NCBI GenBank assembly: GCA_030141605.1
Contig: JAQGDQ010000132.1
Span: forward strand, 441,797 to 505,796
Direction: 5' to 3'
DNA: 64,000 nt
Origin: Tubiluchus corallicola
Lineage: Eukaryota; Animalia; Priapulida
The translations under genes and the position numbers were made by a program. The stretch's first letter is position 1; each line of letters starts with the position of its first letter. Below are positions 60,801-64,000 of the stretch, piece by piece. The notes below the pieces were generated by a model. The model saw only the letters and a list, made by a program, of their open reading frames with translations. It made no database searches and was not told where the DNA came from.

Positions 60801-63487
60801 CCTGACATTCACTGACAACTGAATGGAGTGCACCAACTTGCAGCCATTAAAAATATACCATAAAAACCAAAAAAACACACAATTTCAGCAAAATAAGATA
60901 AGTTTTGTGTAGGAAAAATTTATAGTCCATTTTTGGTTCATCCTTTTGTTATGCAGCACTGCTTTGTTGTTTCTGATTTGTGTTGTTACACATGATAAGT
61001 TCTTTTAATCTAACTGTGGTATTTCTTGTTTAGAATTCTTCACATTTTGATTTCATTTCAACAGGGTGCATTATGCTTCAAAAACAGTTAAGTTAGTATC
61101 AGTCGACAAAAAGCAGCAGCTCAGTAAAAAACTTAGTCCATGTATATAAGAAGAGCAGATATATTTACTTTTCTTGAATACATGGCTAATTTCAAAAAAT
61201 GGGTTTGCTGAAAACGTAATAACGATCAATTTGCATATGATGATATATTTCAGATCTCAACAGGTCATACCGCGTACATTTTTGCAGTGTTACAATTTGT
61301 AATTAGCACTATCATAATTTTAGGGCAATTTTAATAAAGTTTACCAACTATTGGTCCAAACATCATCAGCTTATTTGAGCTCAAGGGTTTTCGTGGACCA
61401 CAGGACCAAGAGTATGTTCATGTTTTATGATTTTTACTCATCTATATATAACTTCTTCATGTTAGATACCATACCACTGTATTCTTTTTTGCCTTTACTC
61501 ATCTAGGAGGTAAATTTCTTATTCACCTTTCAAGAAAGACGTTTTTATACTGTTTAACAATAAGTGGTATGCTGCATGCTTTTTGAGGATATACTTTGTC
61601 TTTCAAATTATTTTGATAAATGCGTTACTCTTGCTCCACAATCTGCTGTTAAGACTGTTATCATCATACACAAAAATGATGCAAGCGAAGTAATTGATGT
61701 GGACATTCACCTACCTTTCCCCTTTGCCTTATCCCCTTCCAGACAGTAAAATAAATTATGATCCAAGGAAATACCAGGACGAGAGCATCTGTCCATTGAA
61801 CATTACCAACAGTAACAAACTCGAATATATTCGCAACTCTCCTCCTACATGAGAAATAATTCAAAAATTATAAGTTATACATTTGGAATTCATATCATAA
61901 GCCAGGTGATATACAAAAACTGACCTTCGCCTTGAAGCACAACTTGTTTGTGAAAGGTCAAGTATTTCACACATAGGAGATTATTCTCTTGCTATAGCCA
62001 GTGCCTATTACGCAGGTCGACTGTTTTCAGAATAAACATAACAAACCACTGTTATGATTCAGCCCTCTTTAGCAGGTTTGTAAGGACTAGTCAGCCATAT
62101 GGGCTTAACGCACCACAAACGATTTATAATAACTAAGGCTTTTTCTTTTGAAGAGAAATGTGGTGTTCTTTTGCTGAGGTACCCTTAATGTGATTATTTG
62201 CATGAAAAATACATCAAGTTTTAGAGAAGCAGACTAGTCAAAACACCAAATAGTAAAACACTATTTTGCTACAGAAATATTAACAAAACGTTTTACTAAA
62301 CGATAATTTGTGAACATACCAACCCATGCAAAATTCACAGAAGTTTTACAAATTACAAGAAACTGACCGATCATAATAATGAAATAAAAGAAGTTAATCA
62401 TTCCTTCAGATGCCGAAAACTAAATTATTAAAAACTTGAAAATCCTTGACATACAAAAAATCATTAACCCTAGGCCACTTAAAATATTTCATGGTACATG
62501 TGAATACTGGCAATGGGATGAAATCGCACCCCATTCATTAAATATAGAAGAAACGATAAGGCATCATTTCGGTTGTTCACTAGACCTATGTTATGTCCTT
62601 TATTATTTTACAGTGTTAGTGAAAGCTGCATAAAGCATACACATGAAAAATTGTAAAAAATTAGCAGAAGACGTGTTTACATTCAGCCAGTTATATCATA
62701 TAACCATTTTTGGGCTCCAATGCCTAATACAGCATTTTTTTCTTAACAGTGGTAAATTTCAAGGCCGGTTGACAAGCAGTACAAAAATATTTAGTATTTG
62801 TTTACTTTCTTATTTTTACCTACAAACAATGGAGAAAGTCAATACAATGGCAATATCAGTGGATCCAAGGAAAGTGATATCATAATGCAAGTGATGTGTA
62901 AGAAATCAAATGACATCTACTTATAACAGACATAATCATTCAAACGCAGAATAAGACGTGCACTGGAGGCTACATGGCAACATGATTTAACTAAACAAAA
63001 CACTTCGTGTGTTTTTGTACCCAATTCCTAGTGGGTGAGGGCTAAATACTGACAGCAAGTACAAATGGTTACATAAAGAAATCACATGCATTACATGGTT
63101 CTTGTTCACAGAATATGCATACAGACTTGTAAATAATCTTGGATTCTTTACATTAATGGGCTCGTGTAATACTCTTATTAAGGAAACTCTTTTTACGGAA
63201 AATAGCATCAAGTTTAAAAATCAGGAAGTACATTAAAGCATACTCAAAAAACTCTGTCGTAGAATGCACCAAGCTAACGTTTCCCAAAACTGACTCAGTT
63301 GAGTTCTGTGACAAATCTGTCAAGTTCTCATTCCGGACACACTGTGCAGTATTCCATGCGTTGCTACACACAGACCAAGGCATAACACTGTGTAAACATT
63401 TAACTGTATAGTAGACGCCCCACGCCATGATGACACCATAGTACGAAGCAAGGATGAAAGCTATGATGGTTGAAGCTAAACCAACAC
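41824..63487 (-). CDS. SLC6 / SNF-family (neurotransmitter:sodium symporter) transporter, divergent, 5'-partial (TM3 to C-terminus)
   Basis: Minus-strand exons (plus coordinates) 63244-63487, 61715-61844, 60228-60362, 59429-59532, 58897-59021, 49319-49431, 47516-47656, 46568-46667, 45548-45648, 44902-45102, 44420-44557, 41824-42414. All GT-AG and in phase. Motifs: GVG..YYGVIMAW, PWSVCSNAWNT..C, WKG...GK, FPY..R.VTLPGA..G, LGYMA, GPG..F..FP, TEGG.Y..QL.D, IEDM.G.KP..YFKLCW, YP.WA..LGW. Exon sizes 135/104/125/113/101 are the ones I recall for vertebrate GABA-transporter genes. Confidence 0.92.
47726..48015. mobile_element. Second copy of the inverted-arm hammerhead element (full left arm, partial right arm)
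   Basis: 47726-47870 matches 37705-37864; 47938-48015 matches the start of 37969-38126. Confidence 0.75.
47786..47827 (-). ncRNA. Minimal type I hammerhead ribozyme-like motif, G3:U8 variant
   Basis: Minus strand: UGUCGC-GUGAAUA-U-GACA(UUAAC)UGUC-GAAA-CU-UU-GC(A)GAUA; helix II perfect. Confidence 0.5.
48570..49303 (+). mobile_element. L2/CR1-group LINE 3' fragment (RT C-terminus + 3' tail)
   Basis: IGKIRHTL...FITSKLDYCSSLLFGLP...KLQLIQN...HITPILKELQWLPI, then LHGLAPAYL and FKQHLKTCLF, with stops and frameshifts. Confidence 0.85.
50630..50795. repeat. Degenerate (CAT/CAC)n low-complexity tract
   Basis: Seen directly; a similar tract lies at 59088-59234. Confidence 0.85.
51748..51821. repeat. 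(CA)n-(TA)n-(TG)n-(TA)n compound dinucleotide repeat
   Basis: Seen directly, about 460 bp upstream of the GPCR ATG. Confidence 0.95.
52284..53336 (+). CDS. Intronless class A (rhodopsin-family) orphan GPCR, 350 aa, nested antisense in the SLC6 intron 49432-58896
   Basis: Single ORF with 7 hydrophobic segments. N-terminal sequons NFT/NET/NGT; TM1 SN..V; TM2 SLSATD; C3.25 and ERYIAV..P; TM4 W; ECL2 Cys; TM6 CCTPF; TM7 NSFVNVIVY; helix 8 EFQKAFRKLL. AATAAA at 53589-53594. Confidence 0.93.
   Translation: MIMSPTARYYLLFNFTNETVNWEYENGTTTEYFQSQTLKSSRIVMIVTRIIYVLIALTIIWSNSLVLIAVARFHQVQKHLRNWFIASLSATDFLTGIYLCVAPYVLTFIPDPPKVLCLSLYTVHNMNITQTANSLLFVTIERYIAVAHPFLYMSVVKPKSIKFIIVISWIEASIIGGAVWIHNSWFVNSFCVYEAVISKQSLYLMDAHLLVSMTAMCGIYAKMYLIARRHYHSVAAADAQDTGMKSNLHLAKVYFLITGLYIICCTPFLVISLVVLETKFENHYQWVRRIGYFMLYSNSFVNVIVYASRLGEFQKAFRKLLSPWRSTDVLRSANGSLRSHNRNITTEGEV
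54031..54428. mobile_element. Degenerate non-autonomous DNA transposon
   Basis: Ends CAGTAGCAG / TGCCGCTG, GC-rich subterminal blocks, TAATG directly flanking both ends. Confidence 0.55.
55960..56320 (+). mobile_element. LINE (CR1/Rex-Babar-like) C-terminal fragment
   Basis: LECLEQRR...LLP...KVRTSRYK resembles the LxxRR...LLP...RTxRYxNSF tail of these RTs; ends in CAATTCAATTC. Confidence 0.5.
56353..56600 (+). repeat. About 3 tandem copies of an 80-88 bp unit directly upstream of the hammerhead
   Basis: GTTACTGTATCAATTTCT starts at 56353, 56433 and 56521. Confidence 0.9.
56641..56679 (+). ncRNA. Minimal type I hammerhead ribozyme motif with canonical core
   Basis: CCA-CUGAUGA-U-GACA(GCAGCAGCA)UGUC-GAAA-AC-UU-UGG. 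TATATAAA lies about 30 nt upstream and AATAAA at 56711, as in Penelope pLTRs. Confidence 0.7.
57474..57760. repeat. 157-bp-period diverged tandem duplication
   Basis: CTGAGAATGTTAG.ACTAATAATAA.TGAATTG...TGTTCATTTA..ATACAAACATCCAT at 57474 and 57631. Confidence 0.88.
60440..60743 (+). mobile_element. L2-like LINE 3' end fragment
   Basis: AAPREWN*LPFSLRSITDFNCFR matches the L2 tail pattern APxxWNxLPxxLR...F; ends TATAAATAAA followed by short repeats. Confidence 0.6.
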
Positions 63488-64000
63488 CTGAAAAAAGGTT
63501 TTTTTACAAAGTAGTTTAATAATCTTCAAAACAAAATCTGGCATTATTAAACATATCTAAACAGGAATATTTTCTCTAAGTATCAACTAGCATCTTCACT
63601 TCAGTATATAAAACAGTCATTCTAAATTATAGTAAGTCCTTGCTTAATTACTCCTCGCTTGGCAACGTTTCATTTTAACGACGCTGAGCATTTGCTACCT
63701 TTTCTCTCTTAATGACGCACATTTCATTTCAACGACAATTTTTTTAGTTTGCACAAAGTCATTTTTTATTTGCTCAACAAATCTTTTACCATATTTCAAG
63801 AATATACAGTGTACATACTATGTTATTCTATTCTAAAAACGCACTAGTAATATAAAACAGTATAATTATTATATGCTTTTGCTGCCCGACTGACTACTAA
63901 ATGCTAGCCGTTTGAACGAGATCTATTTGCGAAGACGCCTGCAGGCACCTGAGTGCATACTTTATGTGAAATAATTTTGCCCACAACCTGTTCCTATAGC

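Noticed and set aside
41824-63487. Assigning a gene symbol (GAT, SERT, TauT) or calling it a pseudogene
   Set aside because: TM1 is outside the window and the binding-site residues match no subfamily I recognise; there are no stops or frameshifts in 12 exons.

Overview
AT-rich, intron-containing animal DNA, most likely an invertebrate (taxon cannot be fixed from this window). The left 39 kb holds a head-to-tail array of three BTB-BACK-Kelch (KLHL-like) paralogues on the + strand. The first is cut off at its 5' end, the second is about 705 aa and the third about 741 aa; I rebuilt all three exon by exon with consistent splice phases. The right 22 kb holds a convergent SLC6 (neurotransmitter:sodium symporter family) gene on the - strand, with 12 exons visible and its 5' end outside the window. 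Its Na/Cl/substrate-site residues are strongly atypical and it has a roughly 255-aa C-terminal tail. An intronless orphan class A GPCR is nested antisense in its 9.5-kb intron. Introns carry many mobile-element remnants: MITEs with TIR/TSD, a collapsed Gypsy element (LTR + PBS + TSD), a tRNA-Gly-derived SINE, L2/CR1-group and Penelope RT fragments, and telomere-repeat-containing mini-elements. They also carry several minimal hammerhead-ribozyme motifs, including a three-copy family with a G3:C8 core swap set in outward-facing inverted arms. All calls were read by eye; no searches or folding programs were run.
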